Source: Candidatus Uhrbacteria bacterium
Lineage (GTDB): Bacteria > Patescibacteriota > Patescibacteriia > CAIXNZ01
DNA length: 37,607 nucleotides
NCBI GenBank assembly: GCA_011046145.1
Contig: DSBA01000020.1
Span: forward strand, 1-37,607
Direction of reading: 5' to 3'
The position numbers and the translations under genes were made by a program. The notes beneath the pieces were generated by a model. It saw only the letters and a program-made list of their open reading frames with translations. It had not been told where the DNA came from and searched no databases. This document shows positions 1-7,875 of the stretch, one piece after another (the first letter of the stretch is position 1; each line of letters opens with the position of its first letter).

Positions 1-96
1 ATTTATCTAGGAGAATACGTCTGGAGATATAATAACAGAAATTTAAATTTAAAAGAACAGGAAAAACGCTTATATAAGCTAATTATTAACGATTAA
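1..96 (+). mobile_element. 3' end of a DDE transposase gene (IS1595/ISXO2-like C-terminus), truncated by the window edge
   Basis: Frame 1 reads IYLGEYVWRYNNRNLNLKEQEKRLYKLIIND*. The E-x-x-W/F-R-Y/F-N-N-R tail is the usual C-terminal signature of IS1595-type transposases. Only 31 codons are visible. Confidence 0.45.
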
Positions 97-319
97 TTGG
101 TCCGAAAATCGGACTTTACCCTTATTTTATATTTTTTTATGAAGTTAAATTTTGAGAAGCAGTTGGGAATTTGGAAGTTTGAATTCATTTATCCACAGGT
201 TTTAGGGCCAAAAAACATAAAAAAAGTATTTATATTTTTTTACGACACTTTTAAAATCCTTTGTTTTAGCAGGCAAATTTGATTTTGGGCCGGGATTAAC
301 TTGTTTGAACAGCCGACTC

Positions 320-350
320 TTGACAGGATTTTACAGCCACTAGATATAGT
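320..350 (+). promoter_or_regulatory. Candidate sigma70-type promoter of the nrdR-nrdD unit
   Basis: TTGACA at 320-325 is followed by an A/T-rich -10 candidate region, TAGATATAGT (341-350). The exact -10 hexamer is ambiguous, with 15-19 nt spacing options. Confidence 0.4.
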
Positions 351-385
351 GTTAAAATAAAAACAGGAAATACTATATATAGTAT
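337..385. promoter_or_regulatory. Two tandem NrdR boxes (operators)
   Basis: Box 1 is CCACTAGATATAGTGT (337-352). Box 2 is ATACTATATATAGTAT (370-385), a perfect 16-bp palindrome. Both fit the published NrdR-box consensus acaCwAtATaTwGtgt. They lie 33 bp start-to-start, and box 1 overlaps the -10 region. Confidence 0.7.
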
Positions 386-446
386 TATTAAAAATCAAGC
401 AAAATGGCTTATTTTGCAGAGTTGTTTTTGCTTCTTAATAAAAGCT

Positions 447-941
447 ATGAAATGCCCTGTTTGCAATTATAAAGAAACAAAGGTTGTTGATTCCCGGGTG
501 GCTTCAGATGAAATTACAATCAGACGGCGCCGGGAATGCTTAAAATGCGGTTTTCGTTTCAGCACATATGAGCAAGTTGAATTGCTAGAATTAATGGTTA
601 TAAAGCGCGATGGCCGCAAGGAAAGTTATAGCCGGGAAAAATTAGCGCAGGGTTTAAAAAAAGCTTTTGAAAAAAGGCCTATTGGCTCGGAATCATTTAG
701 AATTTTGGTCAATAAAATTGAAAAAAATATCCAGACCATAAAAAGAAACGAAATTAAGAGCCAGGAAATCGGAGAAATGGCCATGAAAGAGCTGAAGAAA
801 AAAGATCCGGTGGCGTATATAAGATTTGCTTCTGTTTACCGCGCTTTTAAAGATTTGGCAACGTTTCAAAAAGAAATTAATGATGTTTTTAAAAAGAAAA
901 GGAAAAACATTAAAAAGATTCAGAAAGGGAAAAACGGTTAA
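447..941 (+). CDS. nrdR: Transcriptional repressor NrdR (zinc ribbon + ATP-cone)
   Basis: The ORF track gives 414..941. I start it at the ATG at 447 (MKCPVCNYKETKVVDSRV...ECLKCGFRF), which gives the canonical NrdR CxxC...CxxC N-terminus followed by an ATP-cone. The 414 start adds 11 non-conserved residues. Confidence 0.9.
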   Translation: MKCPVCNYKETKVVDSRVASDEITIRRRRECLKCGFRFSTYEQVELLELMVIKRDGRKESYSREKLAQGLKKAFEKRPIGSESFRILVNKIEKNIQTIKRNEIKSQEIGEMAMKELKKKDPVAYIRFASVYRAFKDLATFQKEINDVFKKKRKNIKKIQKGKNG

Positions 942-981
942 AATTTTTAATTTAACATATTAATTAAATTAGTCAATAAAG

Positions 982-3030
982 ATGGGTAAGATTTCTAAAA
1001 TAAAAAAAAGAGACGATCGGATAGTTGATTATGATTTAAGCAAAATTGAAACTGCCATTTATAAGGCCATGGAAGCTGTTGGCGATCCTAACAAGAAAAA
1101 AGCTCAAAAACTGGCTTTGGCCGTAGAAAAAGAATTAAATAAGAGGTTTCATGAAAGAAGCATTCCCGCGGTGGAGGAAATACAAGATATAGTAGAAGTT
1201 GTTTTGATTAAAAATAATCAGATTCAGCCGGCAAAGGCTTATATTTTGTATCGCGATCAGCATGCCAGGATTAGAGATTTTCAGTCATTGATTGACTCTG
1301 ACTCATTGATGGAAGGCTATTTAGTGCAAAGCGACTGGCGGGTCAAAGAAAATTCCAATATGGCTTACTCTTTGCAAGGCCTGAATAATCATGTCGCTTC
1401 TTCTGTTTCAGCTCATTATTGGCTTAATAAAGTTTATCCGCAAGAAGTTAGAGACGCTCATTCTAATGCTGATATGCATATCCATGATTTGCAGACATTA
1501 GCGGCTTATTGTTGCGGTTGGGATTTACGTGATTTGCTGATGAAAGGATTCGGAGGCGTTATGGGAAAAGTCAGTTCCAAACCACCCAAGCATTTTAGGA
1601 CAGCCTTGGGGCAGATTGTTAATTTTTTTTATACTTTGCAGGGCGAGACAGCAGGCGCCCAGGCTTTTTCCAGTTTTGATTCTTATTTAGCCCCTTTTAT
1701 TGCTTATGATAATTTAGAATATAAAGATGTTAAGCAATGCATTCAGGAATTTTTGTTTAATATGAATGTGCCTACCCGGGTTGGATTCCAGACTCCGTTT
1801 ACAAATATTACAATGGATTTGGTTATTCCTGAAATGATGAAAGCAGAACCGGTTATAATCGGCGGCAAATTTCAGGACAAAACTTATAAAGAATTTCAAA
1901 AAGAAATGGATATGCTTAACCTGGCTTTTACTGAAGTCATGGCAGCTGGTGATGCGAGCGGCAGGGTATTTACCTTTCCTATACCGACTTATAATATTAC
2001 TAAAGATTTTAATTGGCAAAGCGAAGTAGTTGATAAGATTATGGAAATGACAGCAAAATACGGCATCCCTTATTTTTCCAATTTTGTCAATTCTGATATG
2101 AAGCCAGAAGACGCTCGCAGCATGTGTTGTCGCTTAAGATTGGATAACAGAGAATTAAGAAAAAGAGGCGGCGGTCTTTTTGCTGCCAATCCATTGACAG
2201 GCTCGATTGGCGTGGTGACTATTAATTTGCCTCGTTTGGGCTACTTGGCCAAAGATAAAGAAGAATTTTTTGAAAAATTGGAAAAGATTATGCAGATAGC
2301 TAAATCCAGCCTGGAAATTAAAAGAAAAGTCATAGAAAAATTTACAGATGAAGGGCTTTATCCTTACTCCCGCTATTATTTGGAAGATATAAAATCTAAA
2401 TTTGGCGAATATTGGAAAAATCATTTTAATACAATTGGCATTAATGGCATGAATGAAGCGGTTTTAAATTTATTGGGTGAAGAAATTACCCAGCCTGAAG
2501 GCCATAAATTTGCCATAGAAGTTCTTGATTTTATGAGAGAAACATTGATGAATTACCAAAACGAAACCAATAATTTATATAATTTGGAAGCTACTCCGGC
2601 AGAAGGTACTGCTTACCGTTTTGCTAAAGCTGATAAGCAAAAATTCCCTGATATTATTGTGGCAAATGAAAAAGCTTATCGGGAGCAAGGAGCTGATCCT
2701 TTTTATACTAATTCTTCGCAGCTGCCGGTTAATTATACTGATGATATTTTTGAAGCGCTTGACTTGCAGGATGACTTGCAGACGCGCTATACTGGAGGTA
2801 CGGTTATGCACGGCTTTATTGGCGAAAAAATGCCTTCTGCAAAATCAACTAAAAAGCTGATTAAAAAAATAGCTGAAAATTATCATTTGCCTTATTTTAC
2901 CATTACACCGACTTTTTCTGTTTGTCCTGTTCATGGCTACATTGAAGGCGAACATTTTTTCTGCCCTAAATGCGACGAGGAAATAGGTTATTCTGAAAAA
3001 GCCCAGCAAGCACAATTTCAAAACAGCTAA
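982..3030 (+). CDS. nrdD: Anaerobic (class III) ribonucleoside-triphosphate reductase NrdD, large fragment lacking the glycyl-radical segment
   Basis: It has an N-terminal ATP-cone (IKKRDDRIVDYDLSKIETAI), the thiyl-radical loop SMCCRLRLD and a C-terminal zinc site (CPVHG...FFCPKC). The ORF ends directly after the zinc ribbon. Confidence 0.9.
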   Translation: MGKISKIKKRDDRIVDYDLSKIETAIYKAMEAVGDPNKKKAQKLALAVEKELNKRFHERSIPAVEEIQDIVEVVLIKNNQIQPAKAYILYRDQHARIRDFQSLIDSDSLMEGYLVQSDWRVKENSNMAYSLQGLNNHVASSVSAHYWLNKVYPQEVRDAHSNADMHIHDLQTLAAYCCGWDLRDLLMKGFGGVMGKVSSKPPKHFRTALGQIVNFFYTLQGETAGAQAFSSFDSYLAPFIAYDNLEYKDVKQCIQEFLFNMNVPTRVGFQTPFTNITMDLVIPEMMKAEPVIIGGKFQDKTYKEFQKEMDMLNLAFTEVMAAGDASGRVFTFPIPTYNITKDFNWQSEVVDKIMEMTAKYGIPYFSNFVNSDMKPEDARSMCCRLRLDNRELRKRGGGLFAANPLTGSIGVVTINLPRLGYLAKDKEEFFEKLEKIMQIAKSSLEIKRKVIEKFTDEGLYPYSRYYLEDIKSKFGEYWKNHFNTIGINGMNEAVLNLLGEEITQPEGHKFAIEVLDFMRETLMNYQNETNNLYNLEATPAEGTAYRFAKADKQKFPDIIVANEKAYREQGADPFYTNSSQLPVNYTDDIFEALDLQDDLQTRYTGGTVMHGFIGEKMPSAKSTKKLIKKIAENYHLPYFTITPTFSVCPVHGYIEGEHFFCPKCDEEIGYSEKAQQAQFQNS

Positions 3031-3090
3031 TAAATTATTTTTATATAAAGCTATCTATTTTTTTACAAATAGATAAGCGCAGGGAGGAGT

Positions 3091-3231
3091 ATGAATACAA
3101 AAATGCAAAGGACACCTTGTGAGGTGTATTCCCGGATAGTCGGCTATATCCGCCCTGTTAGCCAGTGGAATAAAGGCAAGAGAGCTGAATTTTCAGAAAG
3201 GAAAGAGTTTAACAAACAGTTAGCCGAGTAA
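3091..3231 (+). CDS. Free-standing NrdD C-terminal glycyl-radical peptide (46 aa)
   Basis: It translates to MNTKMQRTPCEVYSRIVGYIRPVSQWNKGKRAEFSERKEFNKQLAE*. This carries the NrdD radical-loop signature (YSR-x-x-GY-x-RPV..WN.GK..E). It is in the same frame as nrdD but behind four in-frame stops (3028, 3031, 3046, 3070). GGGAGGAG lies at 3082-3089, with tight spacing to the ATG; an alternative ATG is at 3103. The ORF is below the ORF-track size cut-off. Confidence 0.7.
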   Translation: MNTKMQRTPCEVYSRIVGYIRPVSQWNKGKRAEFSERKEFNKQLAE

Positions 3232-3324
3232 TGTTCTTTAAAGATCTCATCTTGAAGCATTTTTTGCCAAGTATTTTAAAAAGTTTCAAGGAGAAAAAAA
3301 ATGAGTAAATAGTTCTTTAAAATC

Positions 3325-3437
3325 AAACCAGTCTCCGAGCTATTTTTTAAAGGTTATAGTTAGTCCATAAGTTCGTCATTTTTTGGGCGGATTTACGGGC
3401 TAACTATATTTGGATAGTTTGCAGAGACTGGTTTTTT
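3325..3437 (+). terminator. Extended imperfect hairpin (~110 nt) with a 3' U-tract; candidate intrinsic terminator of the nrdR-nrdD unit or a structured RNA
   Basis: There are three nested helices: 3325-3335/3424-3434 (11 bp), 3337-3343/3414-3420 (7 bp, 2 G.U) and 3355-3366/3397-3408 (12 bp, 1 G.U). A T-run ending at 3437 follows. Confidence 0.45.
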
Positions 3438-3554
3438 AATCTACAATTAATAATACGAATCTGCGAATATAAACATCCAAAGATAATATTTTAGATTTTT
3501 ATTGGCCTTATATAGAAGCTTTTATCAGAGAGTATAAGATTTTTTTTATTTTTT

Positions 3555-3563
3555 TGATATAAT
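3555..3563 (+). promoter_or_regulatory. Extended -10 promoter candidate for nrdG
   Basis: TGATATAAT lies at 3555-3563, and the same 9-mer recurs at 12384-12392 upstream of the 12409 gene. AT-rich background makes chance hits likely. Confidence 0.3.
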
Positions 3564-3590
3564 AACATTAGTATATTAGTAATTAATTAG

Positions 3591-3625
3591 TTCCGCCGAA
3601 GGCGGAATGCCGCCACAAGCGGCAT
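3591..3625. repeat. Two abutting GC-rich hairpins immediately upstream of the nrdG start
   Basis: The hairpins are TTCCGCC-GAA-GGCGGAA (3591-3607) and ATGCCGC-CACAA-GCGGCAT (3607-3625). They form a GC island in an AT-rich spacer, 14 nt before the ATG at 3639. Confidence 0.6.
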
Positions 3626-3638
3626 AAATTAGTATCCT

Positions 3639-4334
3639 ATGATTCGCATTGGCGGTTTGCAAAAAATAACCCTGCTTGATTTCCCTGATGCTTTGGCAGC
3701 TATTGTTTTTGTTGCTGGCTGTAATTTTCGCTGCGGTTATTGCCACAATCCTGATCTAGTTGAAATTAAAACAGGAAAAAAACTTATCAGTGAAAAAGAG
3801 GTTTTAGATTTTTTAGCCAACAGAAAAAAATTGTTGGAAGGGGTTTGCATTAGCGGCGGCGAGCCCTTGATTTATAAGGATTTAGATAAGTTTTTGGTTA
3901 AGATTAAAAATTTAGGATATTTAATAAAATTAGACACTAATGGCTACGAGCCTTTGGCTTTAAAAAAATTATTGGCAAGGAATTTGCTTGATTATATGGC
4001 CATGGATATTAAAGGTTCTTTGGACAAATATTCTTTGATTGCCGGAGTTAAAGTTGATGTTAATAAAATAAAACAGAGCCTTGGTTTGGTTATGTCCAGC
4101 GGCTTGCCATATGAATTCAGGACAACGGTTTTGCCCAAATTTCATGATTTGGCAGAAATAGAAAAAATTGCTAAAATGATAAAAGGTGCGGAGAATTATT
4201 ATTTGCAGCAATTTAGCAGCCAAAAAACTTACAAATCTGATTTTCAAACTGAAAAAAAATTTACTCGGCAGGAATTGGAAACAATGCGTCAGCTCGCTTT
4301 AAAATACGTTAATAAATGCCAAATAAGGGGGTGA
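3639..4334 (+). CDS. nrdG: Anaerobic RNR activating enzyme NrdG (radical SAM)
   Basis: It has the CNFRCGYCHNP radical-SAM cluster motif near the N-terminus. Size (231 aa) and position next to nrdD also fit. It ends with TGA. Confidence 0.85.
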   Translation: MIRIGGLQKITLLDFPDALAAIVFVAGCNFRCGYCHNPDLVEIKTGKKLISEKEVLDFLANRKKLLEGVCISGGEPLIYKDLDKFLVKIKNLGYLIKLDTNGYEPLALKKLLARNLLDYMAMDIKGSLDKYSLIAGVKVDVNKIKQSLGLVMSSGLPYEFRTTVLPKFHDLAEIEKIAKMIKGAENYYLQQFSSQKTYKSDFQTEKKFTRQELETMRQLALKYVNKCQIRG

Positions 4335-4338
4335 AAAA

Positions 4339-4584
4339 ATGTCTCAATCTAAAAAACAAAGCTTGGAAAAATTAGTTGAAAAAAATCTTAAAAAAACCGA
4401 TTTTTTAATTGAAAAAGTGGAAAAACTGGAAAAAGATTTTAAAAGGTTTCAATTAATGAATTTATTGAGGTTTTTGATTATAATTGTCCCTATTTTTTTG
4501 GCTGTTTTATATTTGATACCCTTTTTTAGGCAGATTTTTGAAGCTTATAGCCCTTTTTTAGATTTTTTAAATCAGTTCAGATGA
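4339..4584 (+). CDS. Small tail-anchored membrane protein, unknown function
   Basis: AGGGGGTG sits 6-10 nt upstream of the ATG and overlaps the nrdG stop. The protein has a K/E-rich N-terminal helix followed by one hydrophobic segment (LLRFLIIIVPIFLAVLYLIPFF). Confidence 0.5.
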   Translation: MSQSKKQSLEKLVEKNLKKTDFLIEKVEKLEKDFKRFQLMNLLRFLIIIVPIFLAVLYLIPFFRQIFEAYSPFLDFLNQFR

Positions 4585-4600
4585 GCCGGTTAAATTTAAT

Positions 4601-4903
4601 ATGACTGATTTTGAGCAAAAAGTTTTAAACCTGGTTAGGCGAATTCCACGGGGTAAAATAACCACTTATCAAATTTTGGCTCTAAAATTAGGCAAAAAAA
4701 CACTTTGCCGAGCTGTTGGCAATGCTTTGAATAAAAATCAAAATTTAATTAAAACCCCCTGTCACCGGGTAGTAAAAAGCAATGGGAGAGTCGGGAATTA
4801 TCGCTTGGGGCTTGCCAAAAAAGTTAAATTGCTGCAAAATGAAGGTATAAGCATAAAAGGGGAAAAAATAGCTGATTTTTTCAGCTATCTTTATAAATTT
4901 TAA
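4601..4903 (+). CDS. MGMT/Ogt-family methylated-DNA-protein-cysteine methyltransferase, single-domain form
   Basis: The active-site motif PCHRVV and the helix-turn-helix region (ITTYQILA) are present. At 100 aa it corresponds to the C-terminal catalytic domain only. Confidence 0.8.
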   Translation: MTDFEQKVLNLVRRIPRGKITTYQILALKLGKKTLCRAVGNALNKNQNLIKTPCHRVVKSNGRVGNYRLGLAKKVKLLQNEGISIKGEKIADFFSYLYKF

Positions 4904-4951
4904 TTAATTTTAAAATCCTTGAGATTTTAAAGATTTAAGGAAAAAATTATT

Positions 4952-5245
4952 ATGAAAAAATGTAAAAATTGCGGCGCGCCTTTGGAAGGCTTTTTGTATA
5001 AAACCATTGGCAAATTAATGGGTATTAAGCCGTCTGAAAAAGACCCTGAATTGTGCAATAAATGCGAAGCTATGCCAGCAGAAAAGCAATCATCTGAAGT
5101 CCCAGCAGAGCCAGTAGCAGAGCCAGAAGTTTCTGCTGAGTCAGCAATTGAGCCAGAAGCTGAGCCAGAAGTCCCCAAAACAGAAGAATCTCCAGCGCCT
5201 GAACAATCAGAAGGTGAAGAGAAAAAAGAAAATATAAATATTTAA
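4952..5245 (+). CDS. Zinc-ribbon protein with an acidic Pro/Glu-rich tail
   Basis: It has CKNCGAP...CNKCE cysteine pairs followed by EPxAEPEV-type repeats. The antisense ORF 4927..5178 is its shadow. Confidence 0.55.
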   Translation: MKKCKNCGAPLEGFLYKTIGKLMGIKPSEKDPELCNKCEAMPAEKQSSEVPAEPVAEPEVSAESAIEPEAEPEVPKTEESPAPEQSEGEEKKENINI

Positions 5246-5306
5246 AAATTTTTAGTATTTAATCAAAGACGGGAAAAACAATATTTTTCCTGTTTTTGCT
5301 TAGGAG

Positions 5307-6590
5307 ATGGGTTTGGTTATGATTTTTAAAGGCCAATTTAAAAAAGAAGATAGTTTTCCCCTAAAAGTTTTAATTTTGTCTGTTATTTTAAGTTTGATTT
5401 TCGGCGGAGTGGCCGGTGTTGGCGCAAGTTTTTTGTTTATGCAAAATTTAGACAAGCTGGGTTTTATTACCAGCAATAAAGAAGGGTGGCAATTGCAAAA
5501 AATAGAGACAGAAAAAATTTCTTTGATTGAAGAAGAATCAGCGACAATTGACGTGGTAAAAAAAACCAGCCCTTCTGTGGTAAGCATAATCATTTCTAAG
5601 CAGTTAAAGGATATTTACAGTTCAACAGACCCTAATATTTTTGATGATCCGTTTTTTGAATTTGGCTGGCCTTTTAATTATAGGTTTAATCAGCCAGATC
5701 TGACTCCTGAAGAAGGTTTGCAAAAAAAGCAGGTCGGAGGCGGCACAGGCTTTATTATTTCAGAAGACGGCTTGATTTTGACTAATAAACACGTGGTTTC
5801 AGATGAAAAAGCAGAATATACAGTAATAACTTATGACGGTCAAAAATATGAGGCGGAAGTTTTAGCCAAAGACCCGATTAATGACCTGGCAGTTATTAAG
5901 ATTGCAGCAAGTGATTTAAAGCCTTTGCTATTGGGAGATTCAGACCAAATTCAAATCGGCCAGACAGTTATTGCCATTGGCAATACCCTTTCAGAATTTA
6001 GCAATACTGTTACCAGGGGTGTGATCAGCGGTATTGGGCGCAGAATTGAAGCTGGCGGGTATGGTTTTAGCGAGGTTTTAGAGGAGGCAATCCAGACAGA
6101 CGCGGCTATTAATCCAGGCAATTCCGGCGGACCGCTTTTAAATTTAAAGGGCGAAGCCATTGGCATTAATACTGCGATTTCCCGTTCGGGCCAATTAGTT
6201 GGTTTTGCTATTCCTATAAACGAAGCTAAGCAGGTCATAGAAAGCATTCAAAAGTATGGCAGAATTGTAAGGCCGTTTTTAGGCGTGCGCTATATGATTA
6301 TTAATAAGCAAGTTGCTGAGGTTAATAAATTAGATGTTGATTATGGAGCTTTGATAATTAAAGGCAGCAAGCCTGAAGATTTGGCTATTGTGCCTGGTTC
6401 GCCGGCTGACAAGGCAGGTTTGGTTGAAAATGATATTATTCTAGAAGTTAATGGCCGGAAAATAAATGAAAACAATTCATTGGCCAGAATTTTGGCGCGT
6501 TATGCTCCGGGAGACGAGGTTGAATTAAAAATTTTGCATAAGGGAGAGGAAAAAATAGTCAAAGCTATTTTGTCAGAAAGGGATGAGTAA
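5307..6590 (+). CDS. htrA: HtrA/DegP-family serine protease with one PDZ domain
   Basis: The catalytic triad contexts TNKHVV, NDLAVIK and GNSGGPL are present. It also has an N-terminal membrane anchor and a C-terminal PDZ (GSPADKAGL). An alternative start is at 5319. Confidence 0.88.
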   Translation: MGLVMIFKGQFKKEDSFPLKVLILSVILSLIFGGVAGVGASFLFMQNLDKLGFITSNKEGWQLQKIETEKISLIEEESATIDVVKKTSPSVVSIIISKQLKDIYSSTDPNIFDDPFFEFGWPFNYRFNQPDLTPEEGLQKKQVGGGTGFIISEDGLILTNKHVVSDEKAEYTVITYDGQKYEAEVLAKDPINDLAVIKIAASDLKPLLLGDSDQIQIGQTVIAIGNTLSEFSNTVTRGVISGIGRRIEAGGYGFSEVLEEAIQTDAAINPGNSGGPLLNLKGEAIGINTAISRSGQLVGFAIPINEAKQVIESIQKYGRIVRPFLGVRYMIINKQVAEVNKLDVDYGALIIKGSKPEDLAIVPGSPADKAGLVENDIILEVNGRKINENNSLARILARYAPGDEVELKILHKGEEKIVKAILSERDE

Positions 6591-6624
6591 TTCATCTGAT
6601 AGCAAAGGAAGATTTTATTTTAAA

Positions 6625-6660
6625 AACAGCAGGCTGGATGAGCCTGTTGTTTTATTTTTT
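6625..6660 (+). terminator. Intrinsic terminator after htrA
   Basis: The stem AACAGCAGGCT (6625-6635) pairs with AGCCTGTTGTT (6641-6651), with a 5-nt loop and a following T-rich run. Confidence 0.65.
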
Positions 6661-6699
6661 AAGCTGGTAAAATTTTTAATTTTTTGATAAAATTAATCT

Positions 6700-7803
6700 A
6701 TGAAAGAGGCAGAATTAATCGCAAAACTTAAAGAATTGCAGGCAAAAATTAAAAGTTCCTGGGATTTTTTAGAAATTGATAAAAAAACAGAAGAATTGAG
6801 GAATTTGGAAATTTTAATGAATCAGCCTGATTTTTGGCAAGAGCCCAATCAAGCTAAAAAAATCAGCCAAAAAGCCAGTAGTTTAAAAATCGAAATAGAA
6901 ACTTGGCAAGAAATTAAGGCAGAGACCAATGACCTTTTAGAATTGGCGCAAATGGATCAGAAAGATCAAACTATTAATTTGCGCTTAGAAGTGGAAGAAA
7001 AATTTCAAGAATTAGAACAAAAATTTGCTGATTTGGAATTCTACCTCTTATTCAGGAGCAAATATGATCGCAATAATGCTATTTTAGCCATTCATAGCGG
7101 CACGGGCGGTGTTGACGCTCAAGATTGGGCGGAAATTTTATTGCGCATGTATTTGCGTTTTTGCGAAAAAAAAGGATTTCCAGCCCAAATTTTGAATATT
7201 AATTCTGGCTCGGAAGCTGGTATAAAAAGCGCAGTTTTAGAAGTAGCAGGCAATTATGCTTATGGTAATTTAAAATCCGAACACGGTGTGCATCGTTTAG
7301 TGCGGATTTCGCCTTTTGACGCTGAAGCGATGCGCCATACTTCTTTTGCTTTGGTTGAAGTAATCCCGGAATTAGACGATGAGTCTGTTAGCGATATTAA
7401 AATTAAAGCAGAGGATTTGAAAATAGATACTTTTCGCGCTTCAGGCCATGGAGGCCAGTCTGTTAATAAAACAGATTCAGCTGTCAGAATTACCCATTTG
7501 CCGACAAAAATTGTTGTTTCCTGCCAATCAGAACGTTCCCAGTTGCAAAACAAGGAGAGGGCTTTGAAAATTTTAAAGTCCAAATTGCAAAAATTAGCCG
7601 AAGCTGAAAAAGAAGAAGAAAAAAAACAATTGCGGGGCGAATTTTCAGAAGCTGTTTGGGGAAATCAGATCAGATCTTATGTTATGCAGCCTTATCAATT
7701 AGTTAAAGACCATAGGACAAAATATGAGGAAAAAGATATTCAGTCTGTTTTGGACGGAAATTTAGATGGCTTTATTGAAGCGTATTTAAAATCAAAATCC
7801 TAA
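6700..7803 (+). CDS. prfB: Peptide chain release factor 2, contiguous ORF (no programmed +1 frameshift)
   Basis: It has the SPF tripeptide (RISPFDA) and GGQ (SGHGGQSVNKTDSAVR). The N-terminal region SSWDFLEIDKKTEEL has no in-frame UGA. Confidence 0.9.
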   Translation: MKEAELIAKLKELQAKIKSSWDFLEIDKKTEELRNLEILMNQPDFWQEPNQAKKISQKASSLKIEIETWQEIKAETNDLLELAQMDQKDQTINLRLEVEEKFQELEQKFADLEFYLLFRSKYDRNNAILAIHSGTGGVDAQDWAEILLRMYLRFCEKKGFPAQILNINSGSEAGIKSAVLEVAGNYAYGNLKSEHGVHRLVRISPFDAEAMRHTSFALVEVIPELDDESVSDIKIKAEDLKIDTFRASGHGGQSVNKTDSAVRITHLPTKIVVSCQSERSQLQNKERALKILKSKLQKLAEAEKEEEKKQLRGEFSEAVWGNQIRSYVMQPYQLVKDHRTKYEEKDIQSVLDGNLDGFIEAYLKSKS

Positions 7804-7875
7804 GGGTTAAATTATAAGAAATGTAAATTATAAAATTAATATCTAAAGCAAATTCAAATTAGGATTTAAAAACTT

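Noticed and set aside
97-282. 61-aa ORF downstream of the transposase fragment
   Set aside because: It is a low-complexity F/K/I-rich translation of AT-rich spacer, with no RBS and no recognisable motif.
414-446. Upstream ATG at 414 as the nrdR start
   Set aside because: It adds MQSCFCFLIKA before the conserved MKCPVC zinc-ribbon start. NrdR proteins start at the zinc ribbon.
3028-3091. Intein, group I intron or homing-endonuclease insertion as the cause of the nrdD split
   Set aside because: The interruption is only 60 nt, far too short for any of these. It has no conserved intron or intein features, only an AT hairpin and an SD-like element.
4927-5178. 83-aa minus-strand ORF rich in SGSA repeats
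   Set aside because: It is the reverse complement of the Pro/Glu-rich repeat of the + strand zinc-ribbon ORF 4952-5245, which has the better start context and a CxxC...CxxC motif.
6700-6800. Programmed +1 frameshift site in prfB
   Set aside because: The ORF is contiguous from the ATG at 6700. The region equivalent to the E. coli CUU UGA C site (SSWDFLEID) has no in-frame UGA. Lack of the frameshift is common in bacteria.
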